Shown piece after piece: positions 10,982-19,920 of a stretch of 64,000 bases of DNA. The stretch comes from Sideroxyarcus sp. (lineage in GTDB: Bacteria; Pseudomonadota; Gammaproteobacteria; Burkholderiales; Gallionellaceae): NCBI GenBank assembly GCA_035299445.1, contig DATGWO010000035.1, forward strand, positions 132,022 through 196,021. Reading direction: 5' to 3'. A program made the position numbers and the translations under genes. The notes beneath the pieces were generated by a model. That model was not told where the DNA came from, ran no database searches, and saw only the letters and a list, made by a program, of their open reading frames with translations. Numbering within the stretch: position 1 is the stretch's first letter; each line of letters starts with the position of its first letter.

Positions 10982-11721
10982 GCATCCCTCATTTGCAATG
11001 CCTTCTGCGGTACATCGCTGATCAGCACATCCACGCCGAGACGCAATGCGCGCCCGATCTCTTCGTCGCTGTTGCAGGTATACACCGCGAGGAATTTGCC
11101 GCGTTCGCGCACCGCCCCCGCCATGCCTTCATCCAGCGTGTCGATGCTCACGCACAATCCGTGTAGGAAAGGATTCTCGATCAAAGCGCGTTGCGCATCA
11201 TCCGCCTGATGTTCCGGCTCCAGATTGAGCACCAGCGGAAATGCCGGCGCAATGGAGTGCGCATAGACCAGCCCGTCGAGATTGAAGGATGACGCCATGA
11301 TGCGGCCGTCCGCCACATCGCCGGCCAGCGCCAGCGTCTGCCGCACCTTCAGTTCGCGCCGCGCGCCATCCTCCCATTCGCGCAATTTGATCTCCAGCAA
11401 CAGGCGGCAGCGCGTGCGGTAGGCAGCGATGAATTCCTGCAGACTCATCACGCCCTCGGCAGCTGTTGAGGCATCGAAGTGCTCGGCGAAATCCATCGCC
11501 CGCAACTGCGCGTGATCGTAGTCGTCGATGTGCTTGCCCGGCAAGCCCAGCTTTTTCAGGTCGCGGTCGTGCCACAGCACGGCCACCTCGTCGCGGCTCA
11601 GCTGGATGTCGGTCTCGATGCCGTCGATGGGATAGGCCAGCGCCTTGTCGAAAGCCGTGCGCGTATTCTCGGCCGCTTCTTTGTTGGCGCCGCGATGGGC
11701 GAAGATCATGGTGTGACTCAT
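10978..11721 (-). CDS. Glycerophosphodiester phosphodiesterase (UgpQ/GDPD family)
   Basis: IFAHRG, ENTRTAF, IETDIQ, LLEIK, YTCN. Confidence 0.9.
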   Translation of the reverse strand: MSHTMIFAHRGANKEAAENTRTAFDKALAYPIDGIETDIQLSRDEVAVLWHDRDLKKLGLPGKHIDDYDHAQLRAMDFAEHFDASTAAEGVMSLQEFIAAYRTRCRLLLEIKLREWEDGARRELKVRQTLALAGDVADGRIMASSFNLDGLVYAHSIAPAFPLVLNLEPEHQADDAQRALIENPFLHGLCVSIDTLDEGMAGAVRERGKFLAVYTCNSDEEIGRALRLGVDVLISDVPQKALQMRDA

Positions 11722-12872
11722 GGCAAACTTTCTATGAATTTCTGCATCGACGTTTCCATCGCCGCGTAGTGCGGATTGTAGGTCAGCCGGCGCAGCAGGC
11801 CGTATTTCAGGTTCTGCGGGAGCACCTCGCCCCGCCACACTTCTTGCGCATTCGCAGCGCAACAGACTGCATACGCGTCCACGTCATGCGGCAGATAATG
11901 CAGGCAGTTGGCATAGTCTCCCGTCTCGCCGTAATGCGCATCTTCCGGCGGCAGCACGATGGCGGTGTGGGCGCTGCCCAGGATACGTTTCTCCGGCAGC
12001 ACACTGTTCATCCACTCAATGTTCGGCTGCTCTATCCTTGCGGCGGAGTACCACACCAGCCTGCTGCACGGATGGCGCGCCTGCCGTATGAAGTTCAAGG
12101 TCGCCTCCGGCTTCACCGTGGCATCGTCCGCGCTGGCGACGACGAACACCGGAACGTCCCCGCCGCTCTTCGGCAAGGTCTGTATCAACCCATACATCTG
12201 CGCCGCCGCATTCTTGCAGAACGATTCGTATTTATACGGATCGTGATCCGGCAGCACGTTCACCCACGCCGCCTGCGGCAGCAGCCAGCTGTACAACTTG
12301 TGCAGGTTCGCCCAGCGCGCGCGCGCAGTGATCCCGAATGCAGGCGAGAACAGGAACAGTCCGCGCACCCGCTCGTCGCGCGCAGCCTGCAACACGCTCA
12401 GCGCGGCGCCCGCCGAGAAACCGGCCAGATACAACTCGTCCACTTCGGCCGCCAGACAGTCCGCGCCGTAAGCCACGGTCTGTGCCCATTCCTGCCAACG
12501 CACATCGAGCAGGTCGCCGGGCTGCGTGCCGTGCCCCGGCAACAGCGACGCCATCACGCGGAAGCCGTTGCGCTGGAAAAACGCCGCCAGATGGCGCATG
12601 TGATAGGGCGAATCGGTGAGCCCGTGGGTCAGCAGCACCCCGCGCCGATAAGGTTTGTTGCGCCCAGCCAGAAAGTCGCCAACAGGATGCAGCTCGAACG
12701 GAGAATTTCCGGCAACGATCTTTTCCAGATCGGTTTTGCCGGCATGCACTTGGCGCAACACCGCCTGTGTGTGCTGCACATAATCGGCGAACTGTAGCCC
12801 CTCCGCCGCGAAGTGCATGTCGGCGCTGGATGGCCGATACCGCTGTTCCAGCTTTACCGCGTGTTGCCCCAT
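11718..12872 (-). CDS. Alpha/beta hydrolase, monoacylglycerol lipase/carboxylesterase-like
   Basis: VLLTHGLTDSP, LPGHG, GFSAG nucleophile elbow, DDATV, SAH. Confidence 0.8.
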   Translation of the reverse strand: MGQHAVKLEQRYRPSSADMHFAAEGLQFADYVQHTQAVLRQVHAGKTDLEKIVAGNSPFELHPVGDFLAGRNKPYRRGVLLTHGLTDSPYHMRHLAAFFQRNGFRVMASLLPGHGTQPGDLLDVRWQEWAQTVAYGADCLAAEVDELYLAGFSAGAALSVLQAARDERVRGLFLFSPAFGITARARWANLHKLYSWLLPQAAWVNVLPDHDPYKYESFCKNAAAQMYGLIQTLPKSGGDVPVFVVASADDATVKPEATLNFIRQARHPCSRLVWYSAARIEQPNIEWMNSVLPEKRILGSAHTAIVLPPEDAHYGETGDYANCLHYLPHDVDAYAVCCAANAQEVWRGEVLPQNLKYGLLRRLTYNPHYAAMETSMQKFIESLP

Positions 12873-12879
12873 CGCCCCC

Positions 12880-12913
12880 CCGTCATCTAAACGTAACAAC
12901 TCGGCGCTACTGT
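12880..12913 (+). promoter_or_regulatory. Pho-box-like site plus -10 element
   Basis: CCGTCAT-CTAA-ACGTAAC with 11-bp period, then 10 nt, then TACTGT. Confidence 0.65.
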
Positions 12914-12944
12914 GCGCACCCAACACATCTCACAGGAGTGAGTC

Positions 12945-14819
12945 ATGCCTGCCATTCTACCCGCCGAACACTATCGTTCCACTTCCCGTGCACCGCGCGC
13001 GCAGTTCCTGGCCAATCTCGTTCTTGAAAAGGCGAAGGAAAAGGAGAGAACCATGACACCGCTGCACGAGATCATCGAACAGCGCAAATTGAACGCGCTG
13101 TTCCAGCCCATCATTGACCTCAAGAGCGGCGAGTTCCTCGGCTTCGAAGGCTTAATACGCGGGCCGGCGGACAGTCCGCTGCACTCGCCCGCCAACCTGT
13201 TCGGCGCAGCGGCGCAACAGGGCTTGCAGCTGGAACTGGAGATGGCGGCGCGGCTCACCGTGCTGGAGGCCTTCGCCAGGCAGGCGCTGCCGGGAAACCT
13301 GTTCCTCAACGTCAGCCCGGAGACGCTGACCAACCCCAGCTTCAAGAACGGCCAGACGCTGGCCTTCCTCGACCGGCTCGGCCTCGACCCCGGCCGCGTC
13401 ATCATCGAGATCACCGAGAACCAGCCCACCTTCGATTTCGAGGCCATGCGCGGGGCGCTGCTGCATTATCGCGGCATGGGCTTCCAGATCGCCATCGACG
13501 ACTTGGGCGAAGGTTTTTCCAGCCTGCGCCTGTGGTCCGAACTGCGCCCCGAGTTCATCAAGATCGACATGCATTTCGTGCGGGGCGTGGACAAGGACCC
13601 GATCAAACTCCAGTTCCTCAAATCCATCCAGCACATCGCCGAGAGTTGCGGCACCAAGGTGATCGCCGAAGGCGTGGAGACCGAAGCCGAATTGCGCGTG
13701 GTGAAAGACATCGGCATCGCACTCGGGCAGGGATATTTCATCGCGCGCCCGAACCCGACCCCGCCGCTGCTCGCTTCGCCCGAGACCAGCCGCATCATCA
13801 ACTCGTCCAACATCGCCGTGTTCCCCAAGGCTGAAGCCCACTACCGCACGCAGACGACCGCCAACAAGCTGCTAAGCTACGTCGAGCCGGTGCATCCGGA
13901 GACGCCGAACGACCAGGTGTTCGAGCGCTTCAGCCTCAACCCCGCGCTGCGCATCATCCCGGTGGTCAAAAGCGGCAGCCCGCTTGGACTCATCAACCGC
14001 TACCAGTTCATCGACCGCTTCGCCAAACCCTACCAGCGCGAGCTGATGGGCAAGAAGCCGTGCGACAGCCTGATCCAGGGCGAGCCGCTGCTGGTGGAGA
14101 AGAACATGCCGATCGAGGAGCTCAGCCATTTCCTGGCCGAGGCGGACAGCCGCCATTTCGCCGACGGTTTCATCATCACCGAGAACAGCCGCTACATCGG
14201 CGTCGCCTCGGGGCAGGACCTGTTGCGCGAACTGACGCAGATGCAACTGGAAGCCGCGCGTTATGCCAACCCGCTCACGCTGCTACCGGGCAATGTACCG
14301 ATCAACGAACACATCAACCGCCTGCTGCAAGCGAACACGCAATTCGTCGCCTGCTATTGCGATCTCGACCACTTCAAGCCGTTCAATGACACTTACAGCT
14401 ACCGCAAGGGCGACGAGATGATCCAGCTCACCGGTCGCATCCTCAACTGGGCGTGCGACCCGAAGCTGGATTTCATCGGCCACATCGGCGGCGACGACTT
14501 CATCCTGCTGATGCAGAGCAGCGACTGGAAGGCGCGCTGCGAACAAGCGCTACGCTCGTTCGAACAGGCCGCCTCGCTGATGTTCAAGGAAGAGCACTTG
14601 GTCGAGGGTGGCTACACCAGCGAAGGCCGCGACGGGCAGGTGAAGTTCCACCCGCTCACCAGCCTGTCCATCGGCGCGATCCAGATCGCGCCCGGCCAGT
14701 TCATCTCGCACCACGAAGTCTCGGCTGCCATGAGCGACGCCAAGAAGATGGCGAAGAAAACCCCGGGCAACAGCCTGTTCATCGAACAGCGCAACGCCTT
14801 CACCAGGACAGGAGACTGA
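12945..14819 (+). CDS. EAL-CBS-GGDEF c-di-GMP turnover protein
   Basis: FQPII, EGLIRGP, IAIDDLGEGFSS, KID, AEGVET; CBS-like middle; DLDHFKPFND, GHIGGDDF; second in-frame start with RBS at 13053. Confidence 0.9.
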   Translation: MPAILPAEHYRSTSRAPRAQFLANLVLEKAKEKERTMTPLHEIIEQRKLNALFQPIIDLKSGEFLGFEGLIRGPADSPLHSPANLFGAAAQQGLQLELEMAARLTVLEAFARQALPGNLFLNVSPETLTNPSFKNGQTLAFLDRLGLDPGRVIIEITENQPTFDFEAMRGALLHYRGMGFQIAIDDLGEGFSSLRLWSELRPEFIKIDMHFVRGVDKDPIKLQFLKSIQHIAESCGTKVIAEGVETEAELRVVKDIGIALGQGYFIARPNPTPPLLASPETSRIINSSNIAVFPKAEAHYRTQTTANKLLSYVEPVHPETPNDQVFERFSLNPALRIIPVVKSGSPLGLINRYQFIDRFAKPYQRELMGKKPCDSLIQGEPLLVEKNMPIEELSHFLAEADSRHFADGFIITENSRYIGVASGQDLLRELTQMQLEAARYANPLTLLPGNVPINEHINRLLQANTQFVACYCDLDHFKPFNDTYSYRKGDEMIQLTGRILNWACDPKLDFIGHIGGDDFILLMQSSDWKARCEQALRSFEQAASLMFKEEHLVEGGYTSEGRDGQVKFHPLTSLSIGAIQIAPGQFISHHEVSAAMSDAKKMAKKTPGNSLFIEQRNAFTRTGD

Positions 14820-14823
14820 GGAC

Positions 14824-14946
14824 ATGCACACCACCATCCGGCAAACCGAGCAGGATGCGCGCAGCATCTTCGCTTTGCTGCTCAGCAAGGGCTTCGATGC
14901 CACGCTGACTTTCTTCTGCACGGTCTGCGTTTTCTCGATGGATTGA
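14824..14946 (+). CDS. Putative 40-aa small protein, absent from the supplied ORF track
   Basis: MHTTIRQTEQDARSIFALLLSKGFDATLTFFCTVCVFSMD; GAGG RBS; fills the gap between the EAL stop and olsA start. Confidence 0.5.
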   Translation: MHTTIRQTEQDARSIFALLLSKGFDATLTFFCTVCVFSMD

Positions 14947-14949
14947 ACC

Positions 14950-15816
14950 TTGCCGTCCCGCTTCAATAAAACCATCGCCGTCTTCCGCGCCGCCCACCTC
15001 GCCCTGCACATCGCCTGCGGCCTGATGCTGGCCGTAGCTTATCCATGGTTCCGCCCCGGCATCCGCCGCCGCATCCTGCAGCACTGGTCGGCCAGATTAC
15101 TGTGCATCTTCAACGTCAAAGTGGATATCGCCGCGAACGATCCGCTGCACAACTTGCGCAGCGGCCTTATCGTCACCAACCACATCTCGTGGCTGGATGT
15201 GTTCGTGCTCAACAGCATCGTGCCGATGCGCTTCGTCGCCAAAGCCGAAGTGCGCCGCTGGCCGGTGTTCGGCTGGCTATGCGCACGGGCGCAGACCCTG
15301 TTCCTCGAACGCGGCAAAGCGCGCGAAGCGGCACGCATGAACGTACAACTGGTCGAACTGTTGCGGCAGGGCGAATGCCTCGCCGTCTTCCCCGAAGGCA
15401 CCACCACCGACGGCACTCGCATCGCGCATTTCCATTCCTCGCTGCTGCAACCCGCCATCGATGCCGCCGCGCAAGTGCACCCCATCGCCATCCGTTATCA
15501 GGATGAGGACGGCTCGCTCAGCATGGCAGCTGCCTACATCGACGAGATGTCGTTCGGCGCATCGATGTGGAATATCCTGAGCACGCCCGAGTTGCATGTG
15601 CGCCTCATCGCCACGCCGCCACTGGCCGCATGCACGCTGGACCGGCGCAGCCTGACAAAGATCGCGCACGAACACATCGGCAGCGCGCTGCAAGCCGCCT
15701 CTTCACCAAACTTTCATATTCCCTTAACTCCCGCGCAACATCACGAATCTATCCTGCCGCCATCAACCCGACAGGAGAGCCGCAGTGTTAGATCTAGTCC
15801 AGCAACAGCAGCGTGA
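14950..15816 (+). CDS. olsA: Lysophospholipid/lyso-ornithine lipid acyltransferase (OlsA-like)
   Basis: NHISWLD, FVAKAEV, FPEGTTT; adjacent to olsB. Confidence 0.75.
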   Translation: MPSRFNKTIAVFRAAHLALHIACGLMLAVAYPWFRPGIRRRILQHWSARLLCIFNVKVDIAANDPLHNLRSGLIVTNHISWLDVFVLNSIVPMRFVAKAEVRRWPVFGWLCARAQTLFLERGKAREAARMNVQLVELLRQGECLAVFPEGTTTDGTRIAHFHSSLLQPAIDAAAQVHPIAIRYQDEDGSLSMAAAYIDEMSFGASMWNILSTPELHVRLIATPPLAACTLDRRSLTKIAHEHIGSALQAASSPNFHIPLTPAQHHESILPPSTRQESRSVRSSPATAA

Positions 15817-16543
15817 AGCGCAAGGCAAGCTCACTTTCAGTCTGGCGCGCACCATCACCGAAGTGACGGAAGCGCAGCGCATCCGCTACAAGGTGTTCGC
15901 CGAAGAGATGGGCGCCAAACTGCCCAGCGCGGAATTGGGTCTGGATATCGACCGCTTCGACCGCTACTGCGACCACCTGCTGGTGCGCGACCACGCGGAC
16001 AACAAAGTGGTCGGCACCTACCGCATCCTGCCGCCCGAGCAGGCGGTGAAAGCCGGCGGCTACTACTCCGAAACCGAATTCGACCTCTCGCGCCTGGCTC
16101 ACTTGCGCGACCGCATGGTGGAAGTGGGCCGCTCCTGCGTGCATCAGGATTACCGCGACGGCGCCACCATCACCCAATTGTGGAGCGGGCTGGCGGATTA
16201 CATCGGCAAGCACGGCCACGAATACATGATCGGTTGCGCCAGCATCAGCATGGCCGACGGCGGCCACTACGCGGCCAGCGTGTACAACAAAGTGCACAAG
16301 CTGCACGGTGCGCCCGCCGAATACCGCGTGTTCCCGCACTGCCGCCTGCCGCTGGAATCGCTGAACCAGAATCTGGAAGCCGCCATCCCGCCGCTGATCA
16401 AGGGCTACCTGCGTCTGGGCGCTTACATCGCCGGCGAACCGGCCTGGGATCCCGATTTCAACTGCGCCGACCTGTTCATCCTGATGCCGGTGTCGCGCAT
16501 GAACGCGCGCTACGCCAAACACTTCATGCGTAAAGCCGCATAG
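15785..16543 (+). CDS. olsB: Ornithine N-acyltransferase (OlsB, GNAT family)
   Basis: AQRIRYKVF, DRFDRYCDHL, VGTYR, YYSETEFD, EVGRSCV, PPLIKGYLRLGA. Confidence 0.85.
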   Translation: MLDLVQQQQREAQGKLTFSLARTITEVTEAQRIRYKVFAEEMGAKLPSAELGLDIDRFDRYCDHLLVRDHADNKVVGTYRILPPEQAVKAGGYYSETEFDLSRLAHLRDRMVEVGRSCVHQDYRDGATITQLWSGLADYIGKHGHEYMIGCASISMADGGHYAASVYNKVHKLHGAPAEYRVFPHCRLPLESLNQNLEAAIPPLIKGYLRLGAYIAGEPAWDPDFNCADLFILMPVSRMNARYAKHFMRKAA

Positions 16544-16570
16544 CAACCCTGTTTCATTCTCTCCTCCTCT

Positions 16571-16602
16571 GCGCGCACGCATCCCCGGTGCGCGTTTTTT
16601 TT
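16571..16602 (+). terminator. Intrinsic terminator after olsB
   Basis: cgcgcac-loop-gtgcgcg followed by T8. Confidence 0.75.
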
Positions 16603-16608
16603 GGGGAG

Positions 16609-16626
16609 CGGTAACATCGCCATCAT
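16609..16626 (+). promoter_or_regulatory. Weak Pho-box-like site upstream of dgkA
   Basis: GTAAC-N6-ATCAT; a third TTCAT is 1 nt out of register. Confidence 0.4.
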
Positions 16627-16651
16627 CTCAACCTTCATCTGGAGCGCTGCA

Positions 16652-17020
16652 ATGGAAAGTCCCTACAAAGGCAAGACCGGTCTGGTGCGTCTGTGGAATG
16701 CGTTCGGTTATTCGCTGGCCGGCTTCCGCGCCGCCTACAAGCACGAAGACGCATTCAGACAAGAAGTGCTGCTCGCCGCCATCCTCATCCCGCTGGCGCT
16801 GTGGCTGCCGGTGAGCCATCTCGGCAAGGCGCTGATGATCGCCAGCGTGCTGCTGGTCATCATCGTCGAACTGCTCAACTCCGCCATCGAAGCCACCGTG
16901 GACCGCATCTCGCTGGAGAACCACGACCTCGCCAAGCGCGCCAAGGACATCGGCAGCGCCGCCGTGCTGGTGAGTCTGGTCAATGTGATCGTGGTGTGGG
17001 GGATAGTGCTACTGGACTAG
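16652..17020 (+). CDS. dgkA: Diacylglycerol kinase
   Basis: AFRQE, ELLNSAIEATVD, AKRAKDIGSAAV. Confidence 0.96.
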   Translation: MESPYKGKTGLVRLWNAFGYSLAGFRAAYKHEDAFRQEVLLAAILIPLALWLPVSHLGKALMIASVLLVIIVELLNSAIEATVDRISLENHDLAKRAKDIGSAAVLVSLVNVIVVWGIVLLD

Positions 17021-17091
17021 GCTCTCGCCGCAAACATAAAATCGCGTGCTCTGGCTTGCTGTATGGAAAGACTTAGTCCCCATCACTTTTA

Positions 17092-17298
17092 CTAGCCATT
17101 CCAAATTGATGTCCACATACTGCGAGTATTTTTCTCCTCAGGAGCACCGCACTGCCGTGCAGCCTCTTTAGCCTCGACCTCCATAAACACATGGAATGCT
17201 CCTGCATGTGTACGAAATACAAGATATGAATTACCGTCCTTTCCGGCAAAAGTCTTCATTTCAAGCCCGAACCCCTCTCGCTTCTCTTTCACCGTCAC
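17092..17298 (-). CDS. Small hypothetical protein in a low-GC patch
   Basis: ORF with AGGAG RBS 7 nt before a GTG; no family recognised. Confidence 0.55.
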   Translation of the reverse strand: MTVKEKREGFGLEMKTFAGKDGNSYLVFRTHAGAFHVFMEVEAKEAARQCGAPEEKNTRSMWTSIWNG

Positions 17299-17333
17299 TT
17301 CTATTCTCCTTCGCTTGTTTACAGAGGCATATG

Positions 17334-17963
17334 CTATTTGAACTGAATTGCTTTTACGTCCAGCATGGGCGAGAGCAAGCACGTAAAATGAACAGCAAGT
17401 AAGTCAGGGCCTGACGACTTGTAAAAGGACGTGCCCTTTACTGCGATGTCGTAGCGCTCTGCTTTTTTCCCTGCAATTAACGCGCCCGGATGATAGCTAG
17501 GGCTACCGATATGAACTTCGACAACACTAGAATAAACACTGTGATCTAGATTGGGGCGATTGATCTTGAGTGGGGCGGCTTCAAGGCAAACGTTGGCCGC
17601 CATCGAAATACCCTTGGAATTATGAATTCCAGGCTCGAACTGCTTCGGTCTAATTAAATGCCAGTAGCTTTGTTCGGGGCTGAAAGAAGCTGGTTCGTAT
17701 TTTCCCGTACCTGGAAGGCGAAAACACTCAACCAGCTGGGGATTCGCACCATCTATCGCAATAAAGGTAGCATCTGGATTGAATGAGCGAGCGCTCTCAA
17801 CATAGCGAGAGTCAATCTCAAAAGGCACTGGTTTTCCCTTCGCTCTTGCCGCACAAAGTTTCTCTTTGCTCGGATCGTTGCCAATGGCGTCATTTCGCAC
17901 CATCTCGGCTCTTGCTGTGCTTGTGAACAACAGAAGGCCGCCGATAATAATTAGTAAATGCAT
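17334..17963 (-). CDS. Secreted hypothetical protein in a low-GC patch
   Basis: Signal peptide MHLLIIIGGLLLFTSTARA; four Cys; no family recognised. Confidence 0.7.
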   Translation of the reverse strand: MHLLIIIGGLLLFTSTARAEMVRNDAIGNDPSKEKLCAARAKGKPVPFEIDSRYVESARSFNPDATFIAIDGANPQLVECFRLPGTGKYEPASFSPEQSYWHLIRPKQFEPGIHNSKGISMAANVCLEAAPLKINRPNLDHSVYSSVVEVHIGSPSYHPGALIAGKKAERYDIAVKGTSFYKSSGPDLLAVHFTCLLSPMLDVKAIQFK

Positions 17964-18098
17964 TCCCCCTCCCCCTTATATTCGACTTTAAGCCAAACTC
18001 CCAAAGCATCTCATCCAAAATATTGGATGTGCGCTGGATTAAACGCCTTATCCTTTTCCATGGCAAGCGCATCCGAAGGAAATGGGAGCCACAGGCAC

Positions 18099-18163
18099 GT
18101 GACACCGGCGTAACAAACTCTTCAAACAGTCTTAATCAGATGTTCACATGCGCACCGCACGAT
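18099..18163 (+). promoter_or_regulatory. Array of Pho-box-like half-sites plus -10 upstream of the GT4 gene
   Basis: GTGAC(18099), GTAAC(18110), TTCAA(18121), TTAAT(18132), TTCAC(18143) at exact 11-bp spacing; CACGAT 10 nt later. Confidence 0.6.
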
Positions 18164-18170
18164 GCGCGGC

Positions 18171-19385
18171 ATGAATACACCAGACCTGACCTCCCCATCC
18201 ATCCAGCCGCTGAATATCGCACTGGTCACTGAAACCTACCTGCCCGAGGTGAACGGCGTCGCCATCACCATCGGCCGCATGGTGCACGGCCTGCGCCTGC
18301 GCGGACACCGCATCCACATGATCCGGCCGCGCCAGCACAAGCAGGATGCTGCGGCACAGGAAGCGGGTTACGAGGAGACACTGGTGGCGGGCATGCCCAT
18401 CCCCGGCTACCCGGAGCTGAGGTCCGGCCTGCCGGCCAAGGGGCTGCTGACGCGCCTGTGGCAGCAGCAACGCCCGGACATCGTGCACATCGCCACCGAG
18501 GGGCCGCTCGGCTGGTCGGCGCTTTCTGCCGCACAGAAACTCGGCATTCCGGTGAGCACGGATTTCCACACCAACTTCCACAACTATACGCAGCACTACG
18601 GCATCGGCCTGTTGCAGAAGCCCATCGCCGCCTACCTGCGCCACTTCCACAACAAGGCGGCCTGCACGCTGGTACCCACCGCTTCGTTGCAACGACAGCT
18701 GGAGCAGGAGGGTTACAAGAACGTGCTGGTGGTTTCGCGCGGCGTGGATGCTGAATTGTTCCACCCCGCCAAACGCAGCACTGAGCTGCGCAACTCCTGG
18801 TGGGCCGACGACGACACGCCGGTGGTGATTCTGGTGAGCCGCCTCGCGCCAGAGAAGAACCTGCAAGTGGTGATCCAGGCATTCGAGCAGATGCGCAACA
18901 TCAACGGCAAGGCAAAGCTGGTGATGGTGGGCGACGGCCCGGCGCGCGCCGAGCTGGAACAGCAATATCCGAACGTGATCTTCGCCGGCATGCAGACCGG
19001 CGAGGCACTGGCACAGCACTATGCCTCCGCCGACATCTTCCTCTACCCCAGTCTGACCGAGACCTACGGCAATGTGACGGTGGAGGCGATGGCCAGCGGC
19101 CTGGCGACCATCGCCTACGACTACGCCGCCGCACAACAGCATATCCGCCACGATGTGAACGGCCTGCTGGCGCCGTTCGCCGATACCGAAGCGTTCATCG
19201 CGCAGGCCAAGGGGCTGATCAGCAACATGGCCCGCGTGCAGCGCATCCGCCTGGCGGCGCGCGACACGATGCATGCGCTGACCTGGGAACACATCATGGG
19301 GCAGATGGAAGCGGTGTTGATCGACACGGCACGCGCCACGGGAGAACGACATGTCCAACCTGAGCTTTCCGCTGCAACAGATTAA
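18171..19385 (+). CDS. GT4 glycosyltransferase, Agt/MgtA-like diacylglycerol glycosyltransferase
   Basis: IALVTETYLPEVNGVA, HIATEGPLG, TDFHTNF, ETYGNVTVEAMASG. Confidence 0.82.
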   Translation: MNTPDLTSPSIQPLNIALVTETYLPEVNGVAITIGRMVHGLRLRGHRIHMIRPRQHKQDAAAQEAGYEETLVAGMPIPGYPELRSGLPAKGLLTRLWQQQRPDIVHIATEGPLGWSALSAAQKLGIPVSTDFHTNFHNYTQHYGIGLLQKPIAAYLRHFHNKAACTLVPTASLQRQLEQEGYKNVLVVSRGVDAELFHPAKRSTELRNSWWADDDTPVVILVSRLAPEKNLQVVIQAFEQMRNINGKAKLVMVGDGPARAELEQQYPNVIFAGMQTGEALAQHYASADIFLYPSLTETYGNVTVEAMASGLATIAYDYAAAQQHIRHDVNGLLAPFADTEAFIAQAKGLISNMARVQRIRLAARDTMHALTWEHIMGQMEAVLIDTARATGERHVQPELSAATD

Positions 19386-19881
19386 AACCTGGGACGCGGA
19401 GCTGTGCGCGTTCTGCAACCGGCGCAGCCGCAACTTCACGGTACGCAATTTGTTCCGCCTCGCCAGCCGTCTCGGCGACGGGGTGTTCTGGTACACCTTG
19501 ATGGCCGTGTTGCTGCTGGAATACGGCGCAGCCGCCTTGCTCGCCGTGCTGCACATGATCGCCGTCGGCCTGGTCGGCACCGTGCTGTATAAGTTCATCA
19601 AGGGCAAGACCTTGCGGCCGCGCCCGTTCAACGTCTACCCCGCCATCCAGTGCGTGGGCAAGACGCTCGACCAGTTCAGCTTCCCTTCCGGCCACACTCT
19701 GCATGCGGTGGCGTTCAGCATCGTGGCGGTCGCCTACTTCCCATCACTGCTGTGGCTGGTCGCGCCGTTCGCCGTACTGGTCGCGCTGTCGCGGCCCATC
19801 CTCGGCCTGCATTACCCCAGCGATGTGCTGGCGGGGGCGGCGCTGGGGGCGGCGATCGCACTCACTTCGTTGGCAATATAA
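19351..19881 (+). CDS. PAP2-family lipid phosphatase
   Basis: KGKTLRPRP, FPSGH, SRPILGLHYPSD. Confidence 0.92.
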   Translation: MSNLSFPLQQIKTWDAELCAFCNRRSRNFTVRNLFRLASRLGDGVFWYTLMAVLLLEYGAAALLAVLHMIAVGLVGTVLYKFIKGKTLRPRPFNVYPAIQCVGKTLDQFSFPSGHTLHAVAFSIVAVAYFPSLLWLVAPFAVLVALSRPILGLHYPSDVLAGAALGAAIALTSLAI

Positions 19882-19920
19882 ACCCCATCATTCAGGCACA
19901 GGCCGGAATGACGAACAACA

